Shown: positions 1 through 9,270, numbered from the stretch's first letter. The stretch: DNA of 64,000 nt from a virus (IMGVR_UViG_3300020576_007607:5448-69447), one strand, 5' to 3'. Translations and numbers: made by a program. Notes: generated by a model from the sequence alone, not told the origin.

Positions 1-6
1 GCGCGC

Positions 7-519
7 ATGAAAAGAGACCTGTCGGAATCCTGGTCACGTCTAACCAAAATTTTTGACGAAAATGACTTGGAAATAAACGATTATTATGACGTTTCAACCG
101 ATGGAATAAACAAAATAATATCGGACCTAGAGGAAATAAGCAGAAAAGACGGGAAGACGTATGAAAGGATAGTCGATATCTACAACACCATAAGGAAACA
201 AGACGATTTTGCAAGACTGCCCCAGGTACACCAGATTGAAGACGCTATTCTGAGTTTCATAGAAAACGAGAATTTCTACTTCCATCTACACATTTACTAC
301 TCAGGAACAAAACCATTTTACCTCTTATCGTTGAATTCAAAACCTGGGTCAGATCACACCCCCGAACAGCTCATCGAAACATTCAACAAAATTCAAAGGA
401 CAGTGAAAAAATTGAAGTTCCCAACTTGTCCAAACCCCTTTTTACAGAAAATCCAGTTATACAACTATGAACGAGAGGATTTAAAAAATTCAATCAGGAT
501 TGAAATCCTGATAAAATAG
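7..519 (+). CDS. hypothetical protein (true start may lie upstream of window)
   Basis: 170-aa ORF with phage-like composition; no recognisable motif. Confidence 0.55.
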   Translation: MKRDLSESWSRLTKIFDENDLEINDYYDVSTDGINKIISDLEEISRKDGKTYERIVDIYNTIRKQDDFARLPQVHQIEDAILSFIENENFYFHLHIYYSGTKPFYLLSLNSKPGSDHTPEQLIETFNKIQRTVKKLKFPTCPNPFLQKIQLYNYEREDLKNSIRIEILIK

Positions 520-562
520 TATAATAGGATATATATCATGATGTTGAATTTTTTCAGACAAA

Positions 563-1132
563 TCAATCGATGTTCAGATACGATTTAAGTTTCATTATCA
601 TGAACTCTGTAACGATATCTGAACAATTAAGAGTGTTCAGAAACTTGACGTCTATCTTGGCAGTCGACGAACGGTTTTCAACTTCGGACCCATCTCCCTT
701 CACGGCAATTTCGTGATAGTCATTTTCGTTCAGGGGAATGATACACGGATGAAATTTCATCGAAGAGAATTTTCCAATGAAAAGGGGCTTGTCGAATTCT
801 ATTTTGAAATTGTCCCGTAGCACAATCCCAGCTTCTTCTTGAAGTTCCCGTATCATAGCGACCTCGGGACTCTCACCCTGTTCTATGGCTCCTCCGACAC
901 AGTTCAGATGGAACTCTTGACCGTCCGCATATTTGAATGATGGGACATATTCCTGACGGATGATGAATTTGTTTAGTTCTATCAGATACGGGATGCAGAC
1001 AACCGAATCCCGTCCGGTAAGAACGGACCAATCCTCGTGTTTGATTATTTTAAGGAAATCGTCCTTGTAAAGGATGTCGTCCTTTTTGAAATTCTTCTCC
1101 TCTTCGGGTCTTATTCGTGAAAATCTCTGCAT
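563..1132 (-). CDS. NUDIX hydrolase
   Basis: Nudix box GGAIEQGESPEVAMIRELQEEAGI; TAATATATA motif at 1150-1158 upstream. Confidence 0.88.
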   Translation of the reverse strand: MQRFSRIRPEEEKNFKKDDILYKDDFLKIIKHEDWSVLTGRDSVVCIPYLIELNKFIIRQEYVPSFKYADGQEFHLNCVGGAIEQGESPEVAMIRELQEEAGIVLRDNFKIEFDKPLFIGKFSSMKFHPCIIPLNENDYHEIAVKGDGSEVENRSSTAKIDVKFLNTLNCSDIVTEFMIMKLKSYLNID

Positions 1133-1176
1133 GCTTATCTGTTTTTTGTTATATATTATTTTTAATATATACGTTT

Positions 1177-1716
1177 ATGGAACACAACTCATATGAAATG
1201 GACAAGGTAATGGAATACTGGAATGACATCACCCAGGACATCGGACTCATTTCCCAGGAACTCGAAATACCGGAAAACAAAGTTCGGGAAATTCTCACCC
1301 AATTACAAACCGAAAACAAAATTGACAATTTCGAGATCCTGGAATCAGTCGATCCGGAAACTGGAAACATCCTGAAACTGAAGCATTTCGGACCCGAATA
1401 TTCGTTCAGCAAACGGAAAATCAACAAGCTCTACGATGCACTCATATTCGAAATCGAGGTCAGAACCATGGAAGCCGACAACGAGTCGGTCGTCTTCGAC
1501 TGTGAGGTCAACTACAAGAACAGGAAATATTCTTTCCTGATTGTATATGACGCACAGGAAGAGGTATTCTACGGATCGAGGGACGGTGAGAAAACAGTAA
1601 GGGAACTCATGGAAGCCCTCGGTGAAAACATTGAAAGATTCCACCAGACCACCTTAAAAATAATAAACGAACTCCTCCCCGATGATTACTGGGAAGGAAA
1701 AAACAAACAGAACTAA
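1177..1716 (+). CDS. acidic hypothetical protein
   Basis: ATG at 1177 follows TAATATATA (1163-1171); the upstream extension in the ORF track overlaps the divergent gene. Confidence 0.7.
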   Translation: MEHNSYEMDKVMEYWNDITQDIGLISQELEIPENKVREILTQLQTENKIDNFEILESVDPETGNILKLKHFGPEYSFSKRKINKLYDALIFEIEVRTMEADNESVVFDCEVNYKNRKYSFLIVYDAQEEVFYGSRDGEKTVRELMEALGENIERFHQTTLKIINELLPDDYWEGKNKQN

Positions 1717-1884
1717 ATGAGAATCATGGATTTCAAAACATTCGAAGGAACCTCGGGATCAGGGGATGTCGCGGTGAAAACCCTGACCAAGGGAAAGAAA
1801 AGAGGCAAAATGGGAACCCCATCCCAGGTAAGCGATTTGAGGTTCCTGAAGAAATCAGGGGAAATAAAAAAGGTCACTGGGTGA
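1717..1884 (+). CDS. 55-aa basic protein with N-terminal tag (MRIMDFKTFE)
   Basis: ATG abuts the TAA of the previous gene; below the ORF-track cutoff; translated by hand. Confidence 0.6.
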   Translation: MRIMDFKTFEGTSGSGDVAVKTLTKGKKRGKMGTPSQVSDLRFLKKSGEIKKVTG

Positions 1885-1888
1885 CCTT

Positions 1889-2524
1889 TTAATACTTATA
1901 GTTTTTTGTCGGTTTCCTGAATTTCACCTGACTTTTTGAGTTGTTATCCTCCCTGTTACCAACCTCGAGTCTGGCATTTTTCCTTTTCAGGACCAACCCC
2001 TCAACCATGTCGATTTTCACAAGTTCGTCATACAGGTTCTTGAAATCCGAATAGTATGACCTTACCCGATATACGTTTTCGAAAACGGAATACAGATACG
2101 ATTTTTCCGATTCCCTTTTACCGAAAAGGGAATCAAGAAGGGAAATCCTTTCCTGAAAGGTCTGTCCGATAAGATATTCGGATTTGTAGACCAATATGTC
2201 GAATATCACAAGCTTGTGATTGAACGTTTCCCCCGTCTCATCCTTCTTTGACTTGTTGAGATATTCCCCATTCAGAACCATCCAACCCGATCCCGAGTAC
2301 AGTTTCAGCAAATCCTCTTTGACAAGGTCAAAATTGGTCATTCTCTGATTGTGTCGGTTATAGACATAAACATCACGTCCGTTCATGAATATGACCGAGT
2401 TCGAACCGTTCAGTTTCGGCTGGGCAATCATTATCCCATCATCCCAATTCGGGATTTCCTTTGGATCGACCGGATTTTTCGGACGAGGCGGATAGATGTA
2501 GCTGAAAGATTCGTATCTAATCAT
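1889..2524 (-). CDS. ATP-dependent ligase-like nucleotidyltransferase (adenylation domain only)
   Basis: Motifs AQPKLNG (KxxG), NGEYL, FDIL, EGLVLK; start set at 2524 just after TATCTTTG (2529-2536). Confidence 0.8.
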   Translation of the reverse strand: MIRYESFSYIYPPRPKNPVDPKEIPNWDDGIMIAQPKLNGSNSVIFMNGRDVYVYNRHNQRMTNFDLVKEDLLKLYSGSGWMVLNGEYLNKSKKDETGETFNHKLVIFDILVYKSEYLIGQTFQERISLLDSLFGKRESEKSYLYSVFENVYRVRSYYSDFKNLYDELVKIDMVEGLVLKRKNARLEVGNREDNNSKSQVKFRKPTKNYKY

Positions 2525-2549
2525 GATACAAAGATACTTAAAATCACCA

Positions 2550-3116
2550 TCAATTCCAAAGTCGGAGAACGTTTTCCACCTGTTTGAAAACCTCATCGGC
2601 AGTGGTTTCCCCGTCTATGACCACCAATCTGTTCCCACTCTTGTAGAAATCGACCAACGGTTCGGTTTCCTCCCTGTATTGTTTAAGTCTTTTCTCGGCG
2701 ATTTTAGGATCCTTGTCATCTTCCCTTCCGGACGATTTCCCCCTTGACTTAATCCTTTCCTTGGCGGTCTCGTCGGAAACGTCAATATACAGGACCAAAC
2801 CCACGTCTGTCACCTTATCAAGAAACTCTCCCTGGGCGACGGTTCTCGGGGTTCCGTCAATTATGACGGGTGGATTTACCGATTTGATCTTCTCCCTGAT
2901 GATTTCGAATATGATCTCATCGGGAACAAGATTTCCCTTTCCGAGGATGTCGTTTATCTTTTTCCCGATTTCGGAACCCGATTTCTTTTCCTCACGCAGG
3001 ATGTCCCCTGTGGATATGAGAGAGTATCCGTATTTGGAGACCAGGCTTTTAGCCAAGGTTCCTTTTCCGCATCCCGGTTTTCCGAGAAGAATTACATTTC
3101 CATTATACATATTCAT
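2550..3116 (-). CDS. adk: adenylate kinase
   Basis: GKPGCGKGT P-loop, STGDILR, GNLVPD, IDGTPR, GREDD, short LID type. Confidence 0.92.
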   Translation of the reverse strand: MNMYNGNVILLGKPGCGKGTLAKSLVSKYGYSLISTGDILREEKKSGSEIGKKINDILGKGNLVPDEIIFEIIREKIKSVNPPVIIDGTPRTVAQGEFLDKVTDVGLVLYIDVSDETAKERIKSRGKSSGREDDKDPKIAEKRLKQYREETEPLVDFYKSGNRLVVIDGETTADEVFKQVENVLRLWN

Positions 3117-3424
3117 TCCAATATTTTATTTATCTTATCATCCCTGTGATGATTCAACTGAATTGTCATTATCATGTAGACATCCTCATTCATAGGAATT
3201 CCATCCTTAACAAGGACCTGATCAGAGTCTCTGAACATACCCCTTATTCCCGTATTTGTTATTACAGCATATCCGACGGAATGACCATCGGGAGTATTGA
3301 TATTGAAACAATACCCACCTCCGGTCTTGAAATACGAACCGTCAGGTATAAGCATTCTATCAACACGGATATAACCTTTTCCTTTCAATGGAAGGACATA
3401 TTCATTATCCAAGAAAATAGACAT
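3113..3424 (-). CDS. hypothetical protein with C-terminal tag RDDKINKIL
   Basis: Overlapping stop/start with neighbours in a minus-strand operon. Confidence 0.7.
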   Translation of the reverse strand: MSIFLDNEYVLPLKGKGYIRVDRMLIPDGSYFKTGGGYCFNINTPDGHSVGYAVITNTGIRGMFRDSDQVLVKDGIPMNEDVYMIMTIQLNHHRDDKINKILE

Positions 3425-3429
3425 AAAAT

Positions 3430-3942
3430 TTATTTGAAAAAGTCCATAAAATCATCCAAATAAGCTTCCGTCGAAACATCTTCCTTAGGTTCCGATTTCA
3501 AACCAAGTTTTTCGAATTTCCTCCTTTGGTTTTCAGAGGACTTTATATTCGACCGTATCGACCCTTCCACCCATTTGACAACCTCATCGGAAGCATCCCC
3601 GCAGAAATTCCCCTTCTCGTCTATCTTATCGATTCGACCCTTGGAGAATATAAAGTTTCTGATGTCGGGATCAGGGGTGTCGAGAAGCTTGTTCAACTTG
3701 AAGTCCCGTTTTGACTGTTCGTCGAAAATGTTTCCCTCACAGAACTGGGCTCCCGTCAGCATATGGGAGTTCATTTTGATACCAAGTCTTTCGACGGCCG
3801 ACTTGAACGACTTGTATCGTTTCGCCTCGAACCAATTTTTGGAGAAAGAGTCCTCACATTTGTTCTTATATCCCACGAAATATCCATCTCCCTGGGTTGA
3901 ACTATATCTCTGGTAGGGGTTTTGCCAAACTATATACCACAT
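3430..3942 (-). CDS. hypothetical protein with internal tag RDFKLNKLL
   Basis: Operon context, 170 aa. Confidence 0.7.
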   Translation of the reverse strand: MWYIVWQNPYQRYSSTQGDGYFVGYKNKCEDSFSKNWFEAKRYKSFKSAVERLGIKMNSHMLTGAQFCEGNIFDEQSKRDFKLNKLLDTPDPDIRNFIFSKGRIDKIDEKGNFCGDASDEVVKWVEGSIRSNIKSSENQRRKFEKLGLKSEPKEDVSTEAYLDDFMDFFK

Positions 3943-3953
3943 ATCAAATTTTT

Positions 3954-4124
3954 TTACATGTAACCGTTCACATGAAGCCTGATATAAGCCTCACAGTCGG
4001 ATAGGGATCCGGAAAAAACCTTTTCCCACCAAACATCATCAACCAAAATTCCCGACTCCTCCATCAGTTCATAGACGGCGTAATCCCCGTCCCGCCAATA
4101 TTGGACCTTATATTTCTTATCCAT
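3954..4124 (-). CDS. 56-aa hypothetical protein (MDKKYKVQYW...GSLSDCEAYIRL...)
   Basis: Fills the gap between co-oriented genes; translated by hand. Confidence 0.6.
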   Translation of the reverse strand: MDKKYKVQYWRDGDYAVYELMEESGILVDDVWWEKVFSGSLSDCEAYIRLHVNGYM

Positions 4125-4132
4125 ATTTATAT

Positions 4133-4828
4133 TTAAAAATTCAAATCGAAAAAATAGAATTCCTTATCACCCTTAACCCTGAAACTGATATAAAGACAGT
4201 TCCATTTCATCTTATGTTGAGGCAAATCCTTCCTGAACTTAGCCTTATTCATATCTTCTATTGAGAAATCAGAAAAGTCAATTGTGGTCCGATATCCATA
4301 TTCATTCCCTTCAACATCATATTTGTATGACAGACTGATATATGGATCGAGAGTAGCGTATTTTTTCTCAAATTCACCCAAAGAAGATTTGATGTTATCT
4401 GGTGACAGGGTTTTCACTAGTTCATGAAACTCAGAAACCGCTTCCTCTGGTTTTGGAAATTCAATCGATTTCAGATTCCAAATTTTGGCTTCCTCATCCA
4501 CTATTTTACCTTCATCCTCAAACAGCCTCTTTATTCTCTTGGAAGGTTTCTCCAAATCATATTCACCCAAGTCGCCCCTTTCCATCAGCCTTGATTGGAC
4601 ATATCCGACGTTTTTTGACGTGAACGCCTCCGTCAGAAAGAAGTCCACGGCTTGGTCTATATCAGAGAACTTGGTCATACCGACATGATAAAAATTATCA
4701 TACTTATAGCATTTCAGTTCATCATACCAAGACGAAATACTTCCCTTGTGTGGGAACTGAAAGCTTATTCCCGATTCAAGGATTTCCTTGAGAGATTCTT
4801 TTTTAATCATCGCAACCCGATTCATCAA
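4133..4828 (-). CDS. hypothetical protein
   Basis: 231-aa ORF, stop/start overlap with upstream gene. Confidence 0.7.
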   Translation of the reverse strand: MMNRVAMIKKESLKEILESGISFQFPHKGSISSWYDELKCYKYDNFYHVGMTKFSDIDQAVDFFLTEAFTSKNVGYVQSRLMERGDLGEYDLEKPSKRIKRLFEDEGKIVDEEAKIWNLKSIEFPKPEEAVSEFHELVKTLSPDNIKSSLGEFEKKYATLDPYISLSYKYDVEGNEYGYRTTIDFSDFSIEDMNKAKFRKDLPQHKMKWNCLYISFRVKGDKEFYFFDLNF

Positions 4829-5226
4829 ATCTTAGATTTTACAAGTTCGGAAAGATGTTTCTTGTCGACAGGAAGATCAGCGAACGCCTTCATTACCGCA
4901 CCTATGTTGCTCGCGCCAGATGCGATGACCTCGTCTAGTTTGGCGATGATTTCGGCTTCCGACATCTGTTTCGGAAGATATGTTTCGATAATGGCGAGTT
5001 CTTCCTTTATCTTCTCATCATTGGTAAGCTTGATGGTCTCCTTCATGTTCTTGGCAAACTTGTTTAAGAGCTCCATAGATTTTTCATCTGAAAGGGCGTC
5101 AACATTCAGGACCTTTTTAAGGTTCTGCATCTCACCCTTAACCGTACCCAGAAGAGTCTTGACTTCCATGTTTCTTGACTTGAATGCGGACATGAAGTCC
5201 GTTTCAATGCGTTTTTCTATTGTCAT
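4825..5226 (-). CDS. GatB/YqeY-domain protein
   Basis: IETDFMSAFKSRN..KTLLGTVKGE..EELAIIETYLPKQMSEAEI..NIGAVMK pattern. Confidence 0.88.
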   Translation of the reverse strand: MTIEKRIETDFMSAFKSRNMEVKTLLGTVKGEMQNLKKVLNVDALSDEKSMELLNKFAKNMKETIKLTNDEKIKEELAIIETYLPKQMSEAEIIAKLDEVIASGASNIGAVMKAFADLPVDKKHLSELVKSKI

Positions 5227-5247
5227 AATTTTTTATTTTCCCTGTTA

Positions 5248-5388
5248 TTATTTACGGTTTGAAAGATAATAAATAAAATTAATCCCCGAAAGGAATAAAC
5301 TTATTCCACCTGAAACATAACTCGACTGAAAGATCTGATAAATCCCAGAAACCAGACAGATTAACGATAGTAATAGATTAAATTTCAT
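5248..5388 (-). CDS. 46-aa two-TM membrane protein
   Basis: MKFNLLLSLICLVSGIYQIFQSSYVSGGISLFLSGINFIYYLSNRK; overlaps the upstream small ORF stop. Confidence 0.5.
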   Translation of the reverse strand: MKFNLLLSLICLVSGIYQIFQSSYVSGGISLFLSGINFIYYLSNRK

Positions 5389-5512
5389 ATAAAAGATGAT
5401 TCATAAGTTCCTTAATTCGATAGTCAAAAACCATCGTCTGAAAATCCTGATATTGTTTCAGATTGTCCTGACTGAAATTTTCCCTGATGTATTCTATCGA
5501 TTGTTCGTCCAT
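5378..5512 (-). CDS. 44-aa hypothetical protein
   Basis: ATG 5 nt after TATCTTTG (5518-5525); translated by hand. Confidence 0.5.
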   Translation of the reverse strand: MDEQSIEYIRENFSQDNLKQYQDFQTMVFDYRIKELMNHLLYEI

Positions 5513-5530
5513 ATGGACAAAGATATGAAA

Positions 5531-5821
5531 TTATTTTCCTTTTTTCAAAGATTCTGGAAAAATATCCCCAAGTTTCGGATCCTTTTTCTCACCGAGTATC
5601 TCATCAATCTTCTCGTCCCGCAACCTTTCAGGATTTTCTAACCAATCATAATAAAATTCCGATGATCGGCATTTCTCATAAAGGTCATACTGACAGAAAT
5701 TATCCAAATCAGGATCGTCATGATATAAATATTTATAAAAATTGGACTTTAAGTTAAGGATATCCTCCCTAATTTCCTTTTCCACCTTCTTTGAGATCCT
5801 ATTCCGTTTCATCCTTTTCAT
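5531..5821 (-). CDS. hypothetical protein with tag RDEKIDEIL
   Basis: Operon context. Confidence 0.65.
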   Translation of the reverse strand: MKRMKRNRISKKVEKEIREDILNLKSNFYKYLYHDDPDLDNFCQYDLYEKCRSSEFYYDWLENPERLRDEKIDEILGEKKDPKLGDIFPESLKKGK

Positions 5822-6372
5822 AAAAGAATCTGTTTTATTCTGGAATCCCTGACCTCCTGTTTCAATTCACGGAGGAGAAATTCACGGTTGGACTGATTGT
5901 CACGTATGTGTATGACATCTTCCAATTCATATACACCATCAGTTCTTTCCCTCAGACACTCGAAAGTAGATATCTGGTTGTCATTAACACTATCCATAAC
6001 CCCCCGTTGATAAATATAACCATTAGTTATTTGGTTCCGACTGATTGACACTACAAAAAAATACCGGTTTTTTTCAGAAAGCATTCCTATAAACTCATTC
6101 AAGCCACAATCCGAATGAATCTGGTTAATATTGTCTATCACAACATCCCAAGAGTCGGTCATCGGCTTCAGCCACTGAAGTATTCCTTGATAGGTCGGGT
6201 TCTGCATGGTGACTTTCACAATCTTCCCTGATTTTACCGCCCTAGTGCCCCAACCGTTGTTCAAGTCGAAAAACAAACATTTCCTGTCCGATAGTTTGGT
6301 GAATTCCAAGGCAGCGGTTGTTTTTCCTGATCCTGCCTCCCCATAAATAAAATTAAACCTGTTTATATCCAT
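5818..6372 (-). CDS. P-loop NTPase with C-terminal tag RDSRIKQIL
   Basis: GEAGSGKTT Walker A; VVIDN Walker B. Confidence 0.75.
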   Translation of the reverse strand: MDINRFNFIYGEAGSGKTTAALEFTKLSDRKCLFFDLNNGWGTRAVKSGKIVKVTMQNPTYQGILQWLKPMTDSWDVVIDNINQIHSDCGLNEFIGMLSEKNRYFFVVSISRNQITNGYIYQRGVMDSVNDNQISTFECLRERTDGVYELEDVIHIRDNQSNREFLLRELKQEVRDSRIKQILL

Positions 6373-6373
6373 A

Positions 6374-6805
6374 CTATTGTTTTACAAGTTCCAATACCGA
6401 CAGGAATCGGTGGAATATCTTATCACGTCCTTCCTCATAGGTCAGGAAACCTGCCCAATCTATCTCCGAAGCCTGAAGCTGTTCCTTTGGGACAATTTCG
6501 GTTTCCAACCCTATCTCGGACAATTTGGATATCCAGACAACATAGACGTAAACCGTCTTGAACATAATCCCCCCTTTGTTGACATAATCGACCCGAATCG
6601 GATTTTTCGGGTTCGATATCTGAGAAGGATTTATTTCAATCCCAACCTCCTCACGACATTCTCGTATTGCCGCTTCCAAAAAACTCTCACCCAAATCAAC
6701 ACCACCTTTGGGAAGGGAAAATGAGTTGATCCAACGGTTGTTAGTCGGATGACAAAGAAGAAGTTTGTTCCGATATATTATAGCTATTCCTGCGCTTATC
6801 TTCAT
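6374..6805 (-). CDS. NUDIX hydrolase
   Basis: PKGGVDLGESFLEAAIRECREEVG; start at MKISAG, 1 nt after the upstream stop. Confidence 0.88.
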   Translation of the reverse strand: MKISAGIAIIYRNKLLLCHPTNNRWINSFSLPKGGVDLGESFLEAAIRECREEVGIEINPSQISNPKNPIRVDYVNKGGIMFKTVYVYVVWISKLSEIGLETEIVPKEQLQASEIDWAGFLTYEEGRDKIFHRFLSVLELVKQ

Positions 6806-6806
6806 A

Positions 6807-7271
6807 TTAGTCCAAATGTCTTGCGTCTTTATGACTTCCCTTTGGATGTTTGTTGTGAGTCCAAAGTCTGCAGAAAGGAGTTGTGAAATAATCGTTGTAT
6901 ATAAGGGTATCATCTATGTGAAGATCGATACTATGTTTGGCGCAGTACTCACCTTTTGTTTTGTCCCATTCATCATCTGATATCTGTGGAAACCCATATT
7001 TTGGATGAATTCCATTGGTTGGTGTTCCTTTTTCTCGGTGATAATCAGATATCGAGAAAAAATGAGTCCATCTTATCTTGTAATCCTCCAAAAGTTTGAC
7101 ATCTTTCTCCGACGTTCCACCAGTTATTATATGAACCTCTCCACCAGAGTCTATTATCGCCTTAGTGAAAAAAGAGAAGAATTCAGGCATTGAATCTATA
7201 ACACCGTGCAGATCTAGACCAACCTTGTAAGGTCTACCTAAACTCTCAGAGATTTTAGAAAACTTATACAT
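6807..7271 (-). CDS. HAD-superfamily phosphatase-like protein
   Basis: VGLDLHGVID motif I variant, IITGG motif II, HIDD motif IV. Confidence 0.7.
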   Translation of the reverse strand: MYKFSKISESLGRPYKVGLDLHGVIDSMPEFFSFFTKAIIDSGGEVHIITGGTSEKDVKLLEDYKIRWTHFFSISDYHREKGTPTNGIHPKYGFPQISDDEWDKTKGEYCAKHSIDLHIDDTLIYNDYFTTPFCRLWTHNKHPKGSHKDARHLD

Positions 7272-7292
7272 ATTTTACAAAAATAACAAATT

Positions 7293-7727
7293 TTATTTTA
7301 ACGGACAAAGGAATTCGAAATCTCCGAATGACAATTCCTTACCAGTTAAGTAACTGAAAAACTGAGAAAGCTCCTTTATCGAACTCTCATCCATACAGTA
7401 CCTTTCTGTCCCCCAAAATTTCTTTGGATCCTCAATTATCGAAATCATACCGTCCATTATGCTGAACGAGAATACCATGAAATCCCCACAGGTCATATCA
7501 ATATCTAGTTTTATGGAACCACCGACCGTAATCTTATAGATGTCAATCTCAAACGTATCAGGGAAACCATAGGTTGGATCTTCATAGGTTATCTGATATT
7601 GCATGTCAGAAGGTTCCATAATATTTCCTAACCTAAACGTATAGTTTTTCCCATCATGTAGTTTTATTTCCTTGGGAAGATGAGATTTCCAATCCCCTGA
7701 CCATTCGAAAAATTTTGATATTCTCAT
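7293..7727 (-). CDS. hypothetical protein with N-terminal tag (MRISKFFE)
   Basis: TAATATATA at 7733-7741. Confidence 0.7.
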   Translation of the reverse strand: MRISKFFEWSGDWKSHLPKEIKLHDGKNYTFRLGNIMEPSDMQYQITYEDPTYGFPDTFEIDIYKITVGGSIKLDIDMTCGDFMVFSFSIMDGMISIIEDPKKFWGTERYCMDESSIKELSQFFSYLTGKELSFGDFEFLCPLK

Positions 7728-7738
7728 TACATTATATA

Positions 7739-9022
7739 TTATTTCAACAATATCCTATTTGGCATCCCAGGCATGTATATCCCAATCAGATCCACCAACT
7801 CCTTCTTAACGACAGGAGTCAAGCTTTTCGATCTTTCCCTGTTCAGCAAGGTCATCCACTCACTGACCACCTTATTGAACTTGAACGACTCGGTATACCC
7901 GAATATCCTTTTCCTGAACTGGTCGACATCAATCGTGTCGTCACCTTCCCTGGACATCCATTCGGAAAAGCGGGAGACGAACCGCTCGACACCCGAGATG
8001 TTCCGATCCGACCAAACACCACCGTCAAAGAAATGAGAAATAAACATCAAATAGAATCTCATGATGTCAGAATCGTAGTCGTCTGGATTGACAACATTTC
8101 CTCTTGACTTTGACATCTTATTCCCATCACCCGCCAATATCATTCCGTTATGGATCAATTTTTTGAATGGTTCTTCACATGGAACTACACCAATGTCATA
8201 CAAAAACATATGTATGAAACGACTGTATATCAAATGATTAGTGGCCAATTCCACCCCGCAACAGTAGGTATCAACCTGTCTGTACTTCTCCATTGAACAG
8301 ATCTCATTTCGGTTTTCTGGATCACAATACCTGATGAAATAAAAAGATGAGTCCACAAAGGTGTCCAATGTATCAGTTTCACCTTCGATCGGTATCGGAG
8401 CCCCGAATTTCCTCTGCCTACCAACCGACCAATCTTTCAAATTTGTCAACCAGTTTCTCTGTATTTTCTTAGTAGATTCTGGATAGTCCAACCAATCCAA
8501 GTTTTTAATCAACCTCTCACGGTAATCTGTTATCCTAAAATACCACTGGTCCATCTTTCTGATCTCAATCCTTTCCGAACACCTCTCACATCTGTCATCC
8601 TTGCACTGCTCGTTGGCCAAGGCAGTCCCGCACGACGGGCACCAATTGACATCGCCGAATTTCTTGTAGGCCAACCCGTGTTCCTTCAATTTGGAGAATA
8701 TCCACTGGGTCCACCTCACATATTCGGGATCATGTGTGGAAAACATCATTTCATACTCGGTTCCCATCGATGACAACTGTCTTTTGAAATTTCGGATGTT
8801 GTCCCAGGCGACATCACTCGGATCCTTACCAACTTTTTGAGCATATAATTCGGTCGGCAATCCATGAGTATCGAATCCCATCGGTTGGAATACCTCATTG
8901 CCCTGATACCTCAAGTATCTGGCGTACGAATCCATAATCCCGTAGGAATAAGCGTGTCCCATGTGAAGAGCTGATGAACTAGGAAACGGAAAGGCTGAAA
9001 GTATATAAATTTGTTTTTTCAT
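7739..9022 (-). CDS. leuS: minimal leucyl-tRNA synthetase (no CP1 editing, leucine-specific or C-terminal domain)
   Basis: AFPFPSSSALHMGH (HIGH), PMGFDTHGLPTE, CPSC/CERC Zn knuckle, QWYFRIT, DTLDTFVDSS, KMSKSRGN; QRNW joined almost directly to DWSVGRQR. Confidence 0.92.
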   Translation of the reverse strand: MKKQIYILSAFPFPSSSALHMGHAYSYGIMDSYARYLRYQGNEVFQPMGFDTHGLPTELYAQKVGKDPSDVAWDNIRNFKRQLSSMGTEYEMMFSTHDPEYVRWTQWIFSKLKEHGLAYKKFGDVNWCPSCGTALANEQCKDDRCERCSERIEIRKMDQWYFRITDYRERLIKNLDWLDYPESTKKIQRNWLTNLKDWSVGRQRKFGAPIPIEGETDTLDTFVDSSFYFIRYCDPENRNEICSMEKYRQVDTYCCGVELATNHLIYSRFIHMFLYDIGVVPCEEPFKKLIHNGMILAGDGNKMSKSRGNVVNPDDYDSDIMRFYLMFISHFFDGGVWSDRNISGVERFVSRFSEWMSREGDDTIDVDQFRKRIFGYTESFKFNKVVSEWMTLLNRERSKSLTPVVKKELVDLIGIYMPGMPNRILLK

Positions 9023-9105
9023 ATCTTTATTTTTTTTAAATGTGAGCAAATTTCTTCTCTAAATCCATAATAACAAGCTGCTCCCTATGTGTAGGGATAT
9101 GGTTT

Positions 9106-9216
9106 TTAATTAAAAAAAGAACCATCGATACAACTAAGTCCTTTTTGAATACCCATTAGTTGATGAGATCCGGAACCGGAAGGATAAGGGAAGGCGACCA
9201 ATACATATTTTTTCAT
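9106..9216 (-). pseudogene. 36-aa ORF whose first 18 aa resemble a LeuRS N-terminus
   Basis: MKKYVLVAFPYPSGSGSH matches the LeuRS FPYPSGxGLH motif, then diverges. Confidence 0.65.
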
Positions 9217-9239
9217 AATTCTATTTTTTATTTTTGGCA

Positions 9240-9270
9240 CAAAAAAACCGGACCTTTTGAGTCCGGTTTT
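9240..9270 (-). terminator. attenuator terminator hairpin
   Basis: AAAACCGGAC-TCAAAAG-GTCCGGTTTTTTT on the minus strand. Confidence 0.85.
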
